A stretch of 64,000 nucleotides of DNA from Callorhinchus milii (GCF_018977255.1 NW_024704743.1:43092001-43156000); one strand, 5' to 3'; positions 27,101 through 38,035 are shown, counted from the stretch's first letter. Made by a program: numbers and translations. The notes: a model not told the origin generated them from the sequence alone.

Positions 27101-30100
27101 GCGCCTATCCAATAATCTACTATCAAAACAAGTTTAAGTGGTCGGGCTCAATCGGCCTATTTCGTGTTAAAAAAATCACTTTGATTCCTTAAACTGTGGG
27201 GAGCAATTTATGTTTATATTTTGCCTTTCACATCAAAGAAAGGCCTCGGAACACTTTACAAAATCAGATCACTTAGAAGTGAAGTGAGTGTTGTTAAGGA
27301 ATCAAACAGAGCAGCCCATCTACCCAGCATGCAGATGAGGAGAAATTACTGTGATAACTGAGAGAAAAAATCTGTACTTTACTTTATCATTGTTCTTTGC
27401 ATTGTAGATGAATTGATATGGGGAGTTACTATGGGCCTTGCATGTGGATTTGGAATTATTGTAGCCCTCGTCTTTGCCATAATATCCCATGGAAAGATTA
27501 AAACGATTCTAACAGGTATTTGTTTCATTTAGATTTTGCATACAAAGTAAGAAATAGTAAAAATAATATTAAAAATTGTAGCTAGTGTAGCTCCATTGAT
27601 GGTGGTAAGTAACCTACATCCTATCATGAGTACAAAGCCCTCAGAGACTTTCACTAGTGTATGACCTCCATTTCACTGCACCAGGGAAGTATTTTATGAA
27701 TTTCAAGTGCTATTAGCACAACCATGCAGTGTCGATTACCGTCATTCACTTGTGTATTTTTGCATTCCTTGGCACCAAAAGTAATGAGCATTCATACCCA
27801 CTAGTTAGTTTGTTTATTGGGTTATTGCACTGGTAACAGAGGTTTATTTGAGTTAATGCGGTAATTGTGATGGTTTAATGGAGGTCATCGCACAGGTAAA
27901 ATGGTTTATTGGTAATGATGTTTTGGGGGGTTATTGTACTGGTGTTGATGGTTTATTTGAAGTATTGCAATAGTAGCTGTAGTTCAGGGGTATTATTTCT
28001 ATGGTTTAATGAGATTATTGCACTGTTAAATCATCCAAATATTTCCGTGTGATTTTAACTTTGAAAGTTTGCACATATCTTCTTTCTAATAGCTCCCACC
28101 GTCCATTTGGAAAGGAGGAATAATATTATTTTTAAAACTAGCCAATGGAAAAAAACGCTTCCCAGTCCATCTTAGCAGCTGAAGTACAGTAGTAGTGTAG
28201 AGGATTAACAGAGCTGTATAGAGTTATGACCAGCTCTATCTGATCCATCTGTTCCACTCTGTTCTTTTCTCTAGATTGTGTTCAACTACGATTTGCTGTT
28301 TCATGTGGCAGAATTAGTGGGAAAAAGAGAAACCAGGTATGTTTTAAACAAAACTAGGCTGTTGGTTTCTGCATGTGTCCAATATCTGTATGATCCAAAA
28401 AAAGATCAAACAGAAGTCAGTCAAAACAAAGTGAATGCTCAAAACAATGTATTTTTTTAACAAAGAAGTTTGGGGTCGGTTAAGTTCCCGGAACAGCCAA
28501 GAAAAACATGCTTGATTCAGGTGATGGGTGTCTGCAGCCACTTGTGCTGTCACCAATCTGGTACTAAATGTGCTTTTACAATTTGCCCTAAGTGACTTCC
28601 TTTTGTCCATCATCTTTCTGCATTGATGTGGTTTAAATCAGGAGCTCAGCACATGTACGTGTCTCATCAGCAAAATAGATTTTGTGCTGGGTGGAAAGTG
28701 CTTGCTTTGTTCAACAATTAGTAAATGAGTTTATGGGTTCTGGAAGCTATATCTGAAGTAGTGGGAAAAAGTGCAGAATAAGTAGAAAAAAGAGAAACCA
28801 GGTATTACTTCTTTAGCGAAGAGCTTTTGGTTCCTTGAATCCAGGAATCCAGCCAATTTTAGCCGTTTAAGCCTCAATGGCCCTAAATTCTTCACAGTCG
28901 TAGACTTAAGATTATTTTTGTTAGTTTAAAATTTTGGAAAGTTCTTAAATTCAGAAACTTAGAAATTTATTCTACATTTAGAAATCTATTCTACATGTTT
29001 AAGGGCCGTGGAGAAACTAGCTGCCAAAATTTAAGTATGAACATAATTTGCATGGTTTTACATTTTAAGACAATCTGAGACAGTGAGTAAGTTAAAGCCT
29101 TGGTTGTGCAAAATACAGGGAGGTCCTGTTGAAAGGAACCCCAGTTGAGCACTGGTTTGTTTAGAGTGCAAGTCCACTGTCGGTCCTCACTAACCGGAAA
29201 TACTGTATACACAGCATCCAGCACCGCTTAGCTGGTCTCCCACACTTACAAATTGGGCGATTTCTGGGTCATTCTAACACCAGCTGGTGACAGGGCGCCC
29301 ACTACAACAACAACAACAACTTGCTCTTATATAGCGCCCCTCGCGCAGGGTAGAGTCTCAGAGCGCCCATTATGCTTGGGAAGCAGAAACCTTTGTCCAC
29401 ACCTTCGTCACTTCCCGGCTGGACTATTCCAATGCCCTCCTCGCTAGGCTCCCCCGCTCCACCATACACAACATACAATTAATTCAAAACTCCGCCGTCC
29501 GGATCCTCACCCGCACAAAACTCCATACCTCCATCTTGCCAGTCCTTGCCAGGCTCCACTGGCTCCCAATTAGCAAACGGATCGATTTCAACATCCATTC
29601 ACTTGTTTTCAAATCCCTTCATGCCCTCACATCTCCCTACCTATCCGACCTGCTTATCCCCCGCTCCACCACCCGCTGCCTCCGCTCGGCTGGCTCCAGC
29701 CTCTTGTTTATCCCTCGACCCCTCCACTTCACCATCAGTGGCCATGCCTTTAGCCACTACCCCCGAAACTCTCTCCCTCTATCCCTCCTCCTTGCCTCCT
29801 CCCTCCCCACCTTTGAATCCTGCCTAAAGACCTTCCTTTTTGATCATGCTTATGGTCATCTCCCACCTCCCTTTCCCCCGGCTCGTCGTCATACTCCGCC
29901 ACTGTCCAGCTCTCCGAGGCACTACCCCGTGTGAAGGGAGCTATATAAATGTAAGTTGTTTTTGTTAAAGCACAACTGATGTAGTTTCAGCCAACGACCC
30001 AGAATTGAGCTATTTTTCTGTGTTTCCTTATACACAGGGTCTGAGGTATTGGGCTCAGACAATCACATTATAATTGGATTGCTGTCCGCATTGACTCATT

Positions 30101-32956
30101 GCTGTCTTATAGGCATGCATAACATTCACTCACACACTCAAATTCACTCACATTTAGAATGTGCCAAGACAGCAGAACAAAAGGACACAGGTTTGGGGCT
30201 ATTTACAAAGTGCAACTCCAGGGCAGAACCAGTAAAGATTTCTTTACCCAGAGGGAAAACAACTAGAACAAGTTGCTAGGAAGTGTAATTGAGGCCAGGA
30301 TACTGGACATTTAAAGAACAGCTTGATGCTGTGATAGCAGAAAGTAATCTGGAGAGATCACTCCAAGTAAATAAGTAGGTATATTGGGAGGATGAGATGC
30401 TCTGAAGGCCCATTTTTGTCCGGATCTATCTTGTAATCTTGCGAATCGTGCATTTCTTCAGTTCACTTTAAGCTTGATGTACATCTAAAAATAGTTTTGT
30501 GTTGCTTTTTAAGGGAAGTTTTCCTATTGACCCATTGGTCAATAAACTGGCAAATGGTGAGTCTAACCAGGACCCTGAGAGTGAGCTGTTTCTAGCCCAA
30601 GGAAAACTGATGAAGAAGGTTGACAAAGACATTTTCTATATGTATACAGAAGTTCCAGACTGTACCTACTCTTTGGACTCTTGCTCTGGAGAAATCACTC
30701 AGACTAATAACGTGTTATCCTCAAGGCCTCTGGGAATGAATCCTGGCTGTGATTATTACAATAGATATGAAGGGAAGAGCTCTGATCCAGCTCTTCATGA
30801 AGATCCATGTGCAGTAATTGCAGCCGAACCTTTGCAATCTTCAGGAAGTGGGACAGAGCAGACCGTTCATAGTAATCCATGTACACAAGAAAGTGCAAAC
30901 CGTGTTAGCACAGCCCGCTTCAGAGATACTCGAGAGCAAATTGATTCCAGTGGTCAGCACCTGAATATGCCAGCAGCATTTCTATTGGCTTCCAAAGAAT
31001 CCGACAAAGATCATGTCTCAAAGTGTGACTGTCATATGGGTGATCAAAGTGACTTTTCCAGATCTTCTCAGACATTTGAAAGTACTAATGGGAACACATC
31101 TTACAATGCTGGCACTGGCAACACACACCGAGAAAATGAAGACTGTAACAAACCTGGAAACACAACTAATTCTGGTGAGTAGTTGGTTAGTTAAATCTTA
31201 TACCTATAGTACTTCTTATTCATGCTTCAGGATGAGTTCTAACTTTCCCGCTCCCATCAAAGCCTTCTTACGTCAGGCACTGACCATATCAATTTCAATC
31301 ACCACCTATACTTCAAACCCTCCATCTGCTCTCTCATCCGCTTGGCTTTTCCTCACCTCCGCAACATCGCCTGCCTCAACCATAACCTCCTCCCCCAGGC
31401 TGCCAAGACCCTCATCCACAACTTCATCACGTTCAGGCTCTTAGCACACTGCTGGACGGTCTCTTCAACTCCTCACTACACAAGCAGTAGACCATCCTGA
31501 ACTCTTTATCTCATGTCTTCTCCCACACAATGCTCAGTGAGCCCATCTCCCTCACCCCCACCCCATTGGGTCCTCATCCTCCAGGAGATCAAATTCAAAT
31601 CCTCCTCCTCATGTTCAAATCCCTCCAAGCCTTAGACTTGTCCCCCCAGCTACCCTATTGCCCGGCCTCCCCTCTTCTCACCAAACGCTGATCTGCTTTG
31701 TGTGCCCACCCGGACCACCTCCGATTATTAGAAGAGCCTTCAGTCACTCTACTCCTGTTCTCTGAAACTCCATACTGGGGGCTGGGGGCCTTTTGCCTTT
31801 TACCCTTCCTCTCCACCTTTGAAATCCACCTTACCTATCTCATCGACCATGCTTTTGGCTACCTTTTACCCTCCCCCACCACTCAGCTTCCCCCTCTCCC
31901 CCACATAGAGTTCCCAGTCAGCCATATAAAGCATTTTGAACAAGCCTCCTGATGTAAAGGGCAATGCATTGCCTTTAACATTGAATTGAATTTGCACATT
32001 GAATTTATAGCCTCCATTCAGCTGGTTCTGTAGACCTTCTTTCCCATTGCTCACAGACCAGTCAGTCGTTCTTGTGCTGTTGTTTTTCAAATGTCACAAA
32101 AAAAAGTATTTGTCCTGACAATATATTTTAGAGTATTTGCATTGAAGTAAATTCATTAAATGCAGGCAATAAATTCCAATAGGAATGATATCCAGCATTG
32201 CAGCTTTTGAACACTGCTGAAATGATTAAATTCCTTCACCATTGTCGATGGGCACTGTAGGCTCTTTAGACATAAATACGCACACCCATCACAAATAAAT
32301 AATAAATAAATCATCCTTGCATTTGATACAAGGTCTTTCACCTGGGGAGGACATCCTAAAATGCTTCACGGGATTTTTACTGTTATGTGTAGTGACTGTC
32401 TGTTTTGTAGGCAAAATCCATGCTGCAAAACTTCACGGTACCTGAGCAATAAATAGAGGTGATTAATTGGAACTTTTTTATCCATTCCTCAGGCTCTCAT
32501 TCTGGTAGCAAGACAATATATACTACAAGTGTACTGAAGTCAGTGCTGAGCGTCAATGGGTCTGTTATTTTCAATGTAACTGTCAAAGTAAATCATGCTG
32601 CTGAGCCAGATAGAAGGGGAGATAAAAATTTTAGTGCAACCTACTCCATGGAAGAAGACAGCACAGACAGCTCTGAAGGAAAGGAAGGGTTTCCTGTCGA
32701 AGATGAGAATGCACAGAGTGAGTGTGACTTAAACACAAACTTAGGATTTCCTGTGCAAGAACAACATTGTAAAGAACCAGTGAATGTCCCCATGCAAGAG
32801 GGGCAAGCCAGCAGAGAAAGATGGAAAGAAAGTCCAAGATTTACCAGCAAAACGATAAAACAAGTAAACTCAAGGGAATGTGAAGAAAATGCAATCATTC
32901 CTGTGCAGGAAGAGGGAAAATCTGAACATTTATCAAATGAAGAGCAGAGCAAATGA
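11995..32956 (+). CDS. tnfrsf11a: TNF receptor superfamily gene, RANK/TNFRSF11A-like; 10 coding exons, 641 aa
   Basis: Exons of 84/79/126/144/94/104/108/62/661/464 nt, all GT-AG, sum to 1926 nt with no internal stop; intron phases 0,1,1,1,2,1,1,0,1. Signal peptide, 4 CRDs, TM and PxQE tail. [23 protein letters not shown] and CGRISGKK resemble RANK CTAGYHWSQDCECC, KCRPWTNCT and CGRLSGDK. Family is secure; strict orthology is not. Confidence 0.8.
12476..12670 (+). mobile_element. Degenerate L2 3' end
   Basis: ctctggaaatccct...aagaccttcctctttgac...ttgttgtt. Confidence 0.6.
12797..13126 (+). mobile_element. tRNA-Ala SINE, long subfamily with internal deletion (intron 1)
   Basis: GTCCTGTAGCTCAGTGGTTAGAG head through tgcaaggataattatt tail. 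Confidence 0.9.
14117..15063 (+). mobile_element. L2 composite: endonuclease and post-RT fragments with a nested L2 3' end (about 14422-14716)
   Basis: [20 protein letters not shown]; host reads gattggctccc|...|tcgtcctccacacctcagg across a (GTT)n-ended insert. Confidence 0.8.
15500..15804 (-). mobile_element. DeuSINE (SacSINE1/AmnSINE1-like), internally deleted
   Basis: Reverse of cagcctggctcagttggtagcactctcgcc...gagggtgtgctgcattgttggaggtgcc. Confidence 0.75.
16768..17115 (-). mobile_element. L2 3' fragment
   Basis: (AAC)n, tail stem-loop, and the reverse of the [14 protein letters not shown] region. Confidence 0.88.
17407..17650 (-). mobile_element. Young L2 3' end, same subfamily as 4649-6619
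   Basis: Close reverse-complement match to about 6367-6605. Confidence 0.92.
18361..19270 (+). mobile_element. L2 3' fragment
   Basis: [25 protein letters not shown]. Confidence 0.9.
19862..20045 (-). mobile_element. SINE 3' half
   Basis: Tail and core match. Confidence 0.85.
20175..20253 (+). CDS. tnfrsf11a: RANK-like exon 2, CRD1 start [27 protein letters not shown]
   Basis: Acceptor tttatgttttgcag, donor CAG|gtgcac; C..Y..CCxxCxPG TNFR signature. Confidence 0.9.
21391..21516 (+). CDS. tnfrsf11a: RANK-like exon 3 ([42 protein letters not shown])
   Basis: Acceptor ctctattctttcag, donor gttagt; 126 nt; CRD cysteine spacing. Confidence 0.93.
22418..22561 (+). CDS. tnfrsf11a: RANK-like exon 4 ([48 protein letters not shown])
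   Basis: Acceptor cttccttgcctttacag, donor AAG|gtgagg; 144 nt; CxC...CxPGYGV. Confidence 0.93.
22700..23013 (-). mobile_element. tRNA-Ala SINE, full length, short subfamily (intron 4)
   Basis: Matches 3395-3713. Confidence 0.92.
23803..23896 (+). CDS. tnfrsf11a: RANK-like exon 5 ([32 protein letters not shown])
   Basis: Acceptor ttttcttgtgttccacag, donor gtaagt; 94 nt; DTVCxxC..FS..CxxWT motif. Confidence 0.93.
24072..24210 (-). mobile_element. SINE 3' fragment (intron 5)
   Basis: aataataataatccttgc...ttgtgcacagcaatgtcc. Confidence 0.75.
24469..24833 (+). mobile_element. tRNA-Ala SINE, long subfamily (intron 5)
   Basis: Head, middle segment and tail all present. Confidence 0.9.
25690..26302 (-). 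mobile_element. Two degenerate DeuSINE fragments (about 25690-25985 and 26125-26302)
   Basis: gccatgggatctttaacatc and ttggtttaacagctcatctgaaggac are the reverse of the Deu core. Confidence 0.7.
26384..26487 (+). CDS. tnfrsf11a: RANK-like exon 6 ([20 protein letters not shown] plus Thr-rich stalk)
   Basis: Acceptor aatattccgtag, donor CAG|gtatga; GxxxSDVVC end of CRD4. Confidence 0.92.
26835..26950 (-). mobile_element. SINE tail (intron 6)
   Basis: Tail match. Confidence 0.8.
27408..27515 (+). CDS. tnfrsf11a: RANK-like exon 7, transmembrane ([36 protein letters not shown])
   Basis: Acceptor ttgttctttgcattgtag, donor CAG|gtattt; hydrophobic stretch followed by basic residues. Confidence 0.9.
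28275..28336 (+). CDS. tnfrsf11a: RANK-like exon 8 ([21 protein letters not shown])
   Basis: Acceptor gttcttttctctag, donor CAG|gtatgt; bridges phase 1 to phase 0; CGRISG resembles RANK CGRLSG. Confidence 0.85.
29304..29966 (+). mobile_element. L2 3' fragment of a second family, preceded by an inverted tail stub (29304-29355)
   Basis: [15 protein letters not shown]; tail gcactaccccgtgtgaagggagctatataaatgtaagttgtt differs from the main family; similar stubs at about 37352-37412 and 43085-43150. Confidence 0.8.
30514..31174 (+). CDS. tnfrsf11a: RANK-like exon 9, large cytoplasmic exon (GSFPIDP...GNTTNS)
   Basis: Lies within ORF 30499..31182; acceptor gttgctttttaag, donor CTG|gtgagt; 661 nt. 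Confidence 0.88.
31330..31965 (+). mobile_element. Degenerate L2 3' fragment (intron 9)
   Basis: cacctccgcaacatcgcc...gatcaaattcaaatcctc...cctcctgatgtaaagggc. Confidence 0.7.
32493..32956 (+). CDS. tnfrsf11a: RANK-like exon 10, terminal exon with TRAF motifs PVQEQ, PMQEG, PVQEEG
   Basis: Lies within ORF 32459..32956; acceptor tccattcctcag; TGA 32954-32956. Confidence 0.9.
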
Positions 32957-33396
32957 ACAGTGGCTTTAAGGCTTCCTTGAAATTATGAATTATGAATGTA
33001 CTTTGGAAGTATGGTTAGAAACAACAATTGACAGTGATACAAATAATATGTGGTAGGTGCGATCAGCATATTGATTCTTAGCTGGGCTGTGAAGGGAGCC
33101 CAATATATTGTTGGCTGTTTTTATATGTGACCAAACAGTTATTCTGCTGTCTGCATTTCCAGATTCAAATTACTTTTTAGTCTTAATATAGGTTATGTGA
33201 TAGCAGATATTTTTTGTTTATGCTGTAGGAGAACAGTAGAATAATAATGAGGGTCCCATGGCACTGATAATGTTACAGACTTTATTAGTACTTCTCTATT
33301 CAATCCATATGCACATTATTTCACTACAAAAATAGGAAAATGTTTAACGGTGTTTCTGTGAAACATGTATCTCATAACGAAAAGCTTTCATGTAAT

Positions 33397-33832
33397 GTGT
33401 CAGTCTGGCTCAACTGGTAACACTCTTGCCTCTGAGTGAGAAAGTAATGGGTTCAAACCCCGTATCGGGACTTTGAACACACAGAGTCTAAGCTTACACT
33501 CCAGTGCACTGTTGGGGGGAGGCTACAATGTTGGAAATGTTTCCTTCAGATGAGAGTTTAAACCGATGTCCACTCTGCCTGTTCAAATGGATATTAAACA
33601 TTTAATGACACCATTTGAAAAGAGAATGGATTTCTACCACTGTCCTGGCCAACAATCCCCCAAATAAAATTGGTCATTCACTTTGTAGCAGTTTGTGCGA
33701 GATTGATGTCTGCAAATTGACTGCTGTGTTTGTCTGCAAAGAGCACAGTTGTTCTGCTTTACAGTGTGTTCTTTGATATGGTGCCCTTCCAAGGTGAAAG
33801 GCACCATATCAAATGCAAAGATTATTATTATT
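33397..33832 (+). mobile_element. Full-length DeuSINE (SacSINE1-like) just past the stop codon
   Basis: tRNA-like head gtcagtctggctcaactggtaacactcttgcctctgag; Deu core cagatgagagtttaaaccga; tail tatcaaatgcaaagattattatt. Confidence 0.8.
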
Positions 33833-34119
33833 ATGAGCGCATCTAAGGGATCATATTAGAATGCAATTCTAAGCCTTTACCTCCAGAATATAAAACATGA
33901 AATAGAAAATGTCCATTTAGCCCATCAGTCCCACTTTTTCCACGCTCTAACTCTATTTCCTGGGGGCAAATTCTGCATAAATACTTCCTGTTCCTGTCAC
34001 TGGTGATGGAGTAAAAACTCCTCAATATTCATCCGTTCATCTCCAATGCTCTCCTATTAAACCCTATCTGGCTTCCTTTCTTCCACAATCAACCTTTCCT
34101 AAGCCCCTCTCCTAACCCA

Positions 34120-34660
34120 ACAACAACAATTTACATTTAGGAGCATGACTGAATGCCTTGAGACAGGGCTTAAACGGGGCAAGGGATGGGTTGAGGAAAA
34201 GGGACTGTGAGATGGAGTTCTAAAAGGCGGGGGACTGGAGCAGGCCAGAGTCCGTCGAGGAGAGGGAGCGGACAGGCTTGTATGGGTTAGCAGGTCACAG
34301 AGGTAGGGAGGAGAAAACCTGTGGAGGGCTTTGAAAATGAGCGCAAAGTTTTTGAACTCTTCATTATGAGTTCTCAGCTCTCATTGTGTCCATACCTTAG
34401 TAGTTTATCCAAAACTAACACACAGTAAATTGCCTTACAATTCCCCAAATGAGTTTTACCTCTTTCCCCACTTTTGACCAGGGATGTAACATTTCATACA
34501 CTCCAACCCTTTGACCCAATATCTGTAAGCAATTGGCTGTTGTGTTTTACCCAGAAACTATACTCAATTCACTTTACAGTATATTCTGTGAAGCGCTTTG
34601 AGACGTCTCAAAGATGTGATAGGGGGCTGTATCAAATACAAGGATTGTTATTGTTATTAT
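34120..34660. mobile_element. Degenerate L2 3' end (-, 34120-34365) and SINE tail (+, 34520-34660)
   Basis: Tail and core similarity. Confidence 0.65.
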
Positions 34661-36050
34661 TTCCAAACATCTTTGGATAGTGCCCAATGGATCTTTTGCC
34701 TCTTCCCTGACCAATATTCTGAGATACATACCAGACCTGGAGACTTTTCTACTTCAAGTCCCATTAGCCTTTTAATGCAGTTTCCCTTGTAATATTTATC
34801 TCCAATGGACAGATCACCTAACTCAGCATGAAGCAGTGATACATATTGCAACTTCAGGGTTCCCATGGCCCAGGGAATGGCATTACAAAAACAAGGGGTT
34901 GTTAGTATAATGTGGTCTAATGACCAAATCAAATTGTCACAAAAACGAACACATATGCAGCAAGAGATTGGAATGAACTGTGTGTCTTGCACTGTTCACT
35001 GATCACAGAAGTCTTCGAACAAAAGTCTACACACTGTCCAGTGGGATTACAGGCCAAAGAAAGGCATTACAGAATTTTACAAGTAAACATTATTATTTGA
35101 AGCTTTTTCATTCATGTATGATAGCTGGAATGTTTCATTGTTGAAGGGCTGGGAGCTGAGTATTGCGTATTGTTATTTGCATCCTCATTTGTATATTTTA
35201 TTGTGTTCTGAATTCTGCTGATTTCTTGCCAGAGGTTTGAATGACTATGAGCTTGTGTCCATGATAGTTTATTAGATACCTGTATTGTGTGTTTTTTAAG
35301 TTGCAAGTTGTTGTCATTTACTAGCTGAAAGACAGGGAGCTGGGTATATGGTAGTTTGCATCTTCATTTGTGATTTTGCATATTATATTGAAATCCCATC
35401 ATGTTGTATACAGGACAACTATATTCACTTAGTGCAAAACTATTACATTGTTTCATGTTTCTATTATTTGCTTAAGAAACTCCTTTCTCTCAGATAAAAT
35501 ATATCAATAGCAGGGGGACTGTTGACAACTGTTTGAGAGACAACAAGTTGACGATTGATTTTATTTTCTCCAAATATCTCGTCCCCTGAATGCTTTTGAC
35601 TCATTTTTTATTTACTGGCGACTACCTGGTGCTCTTTGGTATTTCTCCCAAGTGACCATTATTAATGTGTGAGCCTTGGTGTTGACAGACTATTACACCA
35701 TGGAGGACATCACAGGGCCTGATTCTGTCCTTACCCAATAGTCACAGATGTACATCTTCCAGCAGAAGGTCTCTGAATAGGATCGAGATTGTGAACTTGG
35801 ATTAGTTTCCTCCTCCTCCCCAGGATCACTGAAACCAATTGCCAATAGATCAACCTCTACCAAAGTCAGTAAATTTACCAAGTAAAAAATCAATCACTTT
35901 CAGTCCAGAATCTGCTTTACAGTTGTTGGAATATTTTGCATCATGTAGCATATAAGTTTCTGTACTTTGTGAAAATGTAATACTTTCAAGTACAGTTGAT
36001 CCTGTAAGTAAAATCATTGTATGTTAAGTGCTCTTTATTGAACTATTGAA

Positions 36051-36270
36051 CTACTCCACACGCCTAATAATAATCCTTCCAAAACAAAACAATAATAAAT
36101 TGGTCATTTTCAATCCACGACTGTTTGTGGGACACTGCTGTGCGCAATTGGCTGCCGCGTTTCGCCCACAAATATACGGTCAATTCACTTTACAGTATAT
36201 TCTGTGAAGCGCTTTGAGACGTCGAGAAGACATGAAAAGCGCTGTATCAAATGCAAGGATTATTATTATT
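36051..36270 (+). mobile_element. 5'-truncated tRNA-Ala SINE
   Basis: Starts at tactccacacgcc; body and tail intact. Confidence 0.88.
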
Positions 36271-36459
36271 TTAAAAGCTTGTAATGTAAAAAGGTTTTTT
36301 ATTCTGTTGCAAGGATACTACTGTTCTCATTTTTATAAGTAAAAATAATGAACAACTTTGCAGAAATCATTTTAAATACTGCATTCAGTGCATAATTTTT
36401 TTATGTTTAACCATGAATATTTGAAATCCTAAGGTAAAATAGGATCTTTTTTAATACAA

Positions 36460-36489
36460 AATAAAAAGAACAAATTATTTTTTATTAAA
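36460..36489 (+). terminator. Candidate polyadenylation signals for the RANK-like gene (AATAAA, ATTAAA)
   Basis: AATAAA 36460-36465 and ATTAAA 36484-36489 followed by T/GT-rich sequence; would imply a 3'UTR of about 3.5 kb; other AATAAA hexamers exist upstream. Confidence 0.3.
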
Positions 36490-36719
36490 AATCAGCAAAT
36501 GTTCATTTGTTTGACCTGTCTTAATACTATTTTCTTTATTTAGGAGTTTGAAATCAGGACGATAAATCACTTAGTTTTATGGAAAAAACATTTCTCATTT
36601 CCCTCAAAAAAATATTGTTAATGTTTGTGTGTTTATTTAGTTAGTTAAGTTAGCATATCAAATTCTGCAACAAGTCAGCTTTTCCCACTTGTTGTAGATC
36701 CTGCCACCAGGAAACACAA

Positions 36720-38035
36720 GAAAAATATAGCGACAAGGTGATCTAAAAGAGAATTTAAAGGAACTGCTTCATGCAGAGGGTAGTAAGAATGTGCAACTCA
36801 CTATCTGAAGTGGTGAATCAGCTAGTAAAATGCATTTAAGAGGGATCTAGCTACCCATGAGGGGAAAGCGAATAGAAGGATATGGGGGAGGAGTAAGGAG
36901 TGGGTGGAGACTCATCTGGAGTATAAACATTAGCACTGGGAAATGTTAGAATGCACACCTTGTAAAGTGGGGGATGGAGTTCTAAGATTAGACAAAAGCC
37001 ATTGGGTGGAGGAGATGTGTTATATTATACCTAGTCCATATTATACTTGATCTAGGCGTATTTTATTCTAATAGTGGGCACTGTTCAGTTCCATTCCCCA
37101 GCACCATTGTTCATGACCTTGATGAGCACACACACAAAATTGAAACTCCTGTTATCCTTTGCAGTATCTATTTCACACCAGCAATGATCACTTTGGTAGG
37201 CAGGATGGAGAGATTAGGCATTCCAAAAGGGGACAAGCTATCCACGTGGTCACAGAGCTCAATCCATATTTGGTTTGGAAGGTTATGCTCCAGACCTTTA
37301 AAATATTGAGAAACAGACAAGGAAGACAGACAAACAATTTGGTTTAATCTAAACAACAACAACTTGGATTTATATAGCATCCCTCACACAAGGTAGCACC
37401 CCAGAGCGCTTGATCTGAAGGCAGAACTGGAGGAACTCGGTTTAAAATTGACTCAAATGAGACAACAGTTAGGAAACATTTCCCCACAGAGGAGTGGTTC
37501 AAACTCACATCAAAAAGTAATTACTGGATCAATTAACTCCTTCAAATTAACTATTTGGGGTGTTGGGATTGGAGGCTATAGAGATAGAAATAGATTGAGA
37601 TGATTCTGTGAGACATGAGTATTTGTGTGATGCTGTGGCCTGGAAATAAGGGAGGAGATGTTGTCTAAGGATGGTAGAGGGCCAAATATTAAATGATGGA
37701 GATGTGGGAGTATCTATGGAGAAGTTTCACTCAAGAATATTAAGTGGGTGGGAAGTGCAGTACATGGTCTATAACAGGAGTTGGAAATGATGAGGCATAT
37801 GGCAATGTCTTGTTCCCATCATCCCTTTTCTTACGACAATATGAACAACAAATAGCGTTTATATAGTGCCTGTCATGTCAGGAGGATGCCATTTTCCTTA
37901 TGTTGTAAACTACAGGCGTATGGGGAAAGGGCGGGTGAAGGGGACTGAAAGGATTGCTCTTTAAAGAGCCAGCACAGGCAAGATGACCTTGCCTGTGCTG
38001 TAAATTTTTATTGTTCTAAGTTTCTATGTTCTTAA
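36720..38035 (+). mobile_element. Cluster of degenerate CR1 3' fragments
   Basis: cagagggtagtaagaatgtgcaactcact; gagccagcacaggc...ttctatgttctt. Confidence 0.6.

Noticed and set aside
11995..32956. Calling the receptor CD40, LTBR or OPG
   Set aside because: CD40 has a short tail and 9 exons, OPG has no TM, and the LTBR proline-rich tail with NIYIYNG is absent; RANK-like fits best.
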